NCBI GenBank assembly: GCA_001773215.1
Contig: MEWB01000001.1
Coordinates: 322,473 to 386,472, forward strand
Source: a candidate division WWE3 bacterium RIFOXYC1_FULL_40_10
GTDB lineage: Bacteria > Patescibacteriota > WWE3 > UBA101185 > UBA10185
Length of the DNA: 64,000 nucleotides
Reading direction: 5' to 3'
A program made the position numbers and the translations under genes. Position 1 is the first letter of the stretch. Every line of letters begins with the position of its first letter. The notes below the pieces were generated by a model. That model had not been told where the DNA came from. It saw only the letters and a program-made list of their open reading frames with translations, and made no database searches. Positions 63,436 to 64,000 of this stretch are shown here, one piece after another.

Positions 63436-64000
63436 ACAATGATACCGTCGCGTAAAACTATTTTCCGTTCGGCAATTTTAGCCAAATCATCGTCGTGAGT
63501 AACAATAATAATGGTTTTACCTTGTGAGTGGAGCTTTTTGAACAGCGCAACAATTTCATCCCCGGTTTTTGAGTCTAAATTACCGGTGGGCTCATCCGCA
63601 AATATTATAGCAGGGTCGTTAACTAAAGCTCTAGCTATAGCCACACGTTGCTTTTGACCTCCCGACAACTCATTCGACTTGTTTTGCAGCCTATCCCCCA
63701 GATCCACTATTTCGAGCATTTTTTTAGCCTTATCTTCCCATTGGTTTTTTGGCACATGACTGTACTTTAAGGGCAAAATTACGTTATCCAAGGTCGATGT
63801 CCTTTGTAGTAAGTTAAAAAACTGAAACACAAAACCTATCTCCTCGTTTCGAATATGAGCCAGCTGATTAGGGGTATATTTCGTTACATTCTTATCCTTT
63901 AATATAAGCTCGCCGGATGTAGGAGTATCTAGAAGGCCTAATATGTGCATAAGGGTTGACTTACCTGATCCAGACTTTCCTACTATAGCTAGGAAATCGT
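63432..64000 (-). CDS. ABC transporter ATP-binding protein (MacB/LolD-like), 5'-truncated by the window edge
   Basis: ABC signature LSGGQKQRVAIARAL, Walker B IIFADEPTGNLD; Walker A GKSGSGKST is visible upstream of the track start, so the gene continues past nt 64000. Confidence 0.85.
   Translation of the reverse strand, partial: DFLAIVGKSGSGKSTLMHILGLLDTPTSGELILKDKNVTKYTPNQLAHIRNEEIGFVFQFFNLLQRTSTLDNVILPLKYSHVPKNQWEDKAKKMLEIVDLGDRLQNKSNELSGGQKQRVAIARALVNDPAIIFADEPTGNLDSKTGDEIVALFKKLHSQGKTIIIVTHDDDLAKIAERKIVLRDGIIV

Noticed and set aside
1-64000. CRISPR arrays, rRNA genes, reverse transcriptases / DGRs
   Set aside because: I scanned for evenly spaced short direct repeats and rRNA-like conserved blocks and found none. 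No RT motifs (YxDD) appear in any ORF.

Overview
This is a low-GC (roughly 35-38%) bacterial window that is densely coding and rich in accessory DNA. The core genes I could recognise are an ECF sigma/anti-sigma pair, a DnaQ-like exonuclease, BipA/TypA, MscL, a cyclophilin, a CopA copper ATPase with an HMA partner, a Y-family DNA polymerase and a MacB/FtsX-type ABC transporter. There is also a large set of cell-envelope and glycan enzymes: an L,D-transpeptidase, three AT3 acyltransferases, an SGNH hydrolase, two GT-C-like membrane proteins, a GT2-LysM-beta-helix fusion synthase, two UDP-sugar dehydrogenases, a BNR glycosidase, a PIG-L deacetylase and a 2675-aa cyclic beta-1,2-glucan-synthase-like giant protein. 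Nine tRNA genes lie on the minus strand (Gln, Val, Phe, Gly, Cys, Leu-GAG, Leu-CAG, Lys, Arg). Several of them are integration hotspots, and that is the most striking theme. A ~5 kb element carrying a large serine recombinase and VOC/cupin cargo sits at tRNA-Lys, bounded by a 21-bp repeat of the tRNA 3' end. An 87-bp GC-rich miniature element homologous to that element's arm sits at tRNA-Leu(CAG), also with a 21-bp tRNA-end duplication. A 754-bp integrase-less islet at tRNA-Arg is bounded by 18-bp repeats. A 30-bp duplication overlaps the tRNA-Gln 5' end. Two higher-GC islands lie between tRNA-Phe and the tRNA-Gly/Cys/Leu cluster, and at 22.9-26.5 kb. No CRISPR array or rRNA was found. All functional calls are from motif recognition by eye and no database searches were run.
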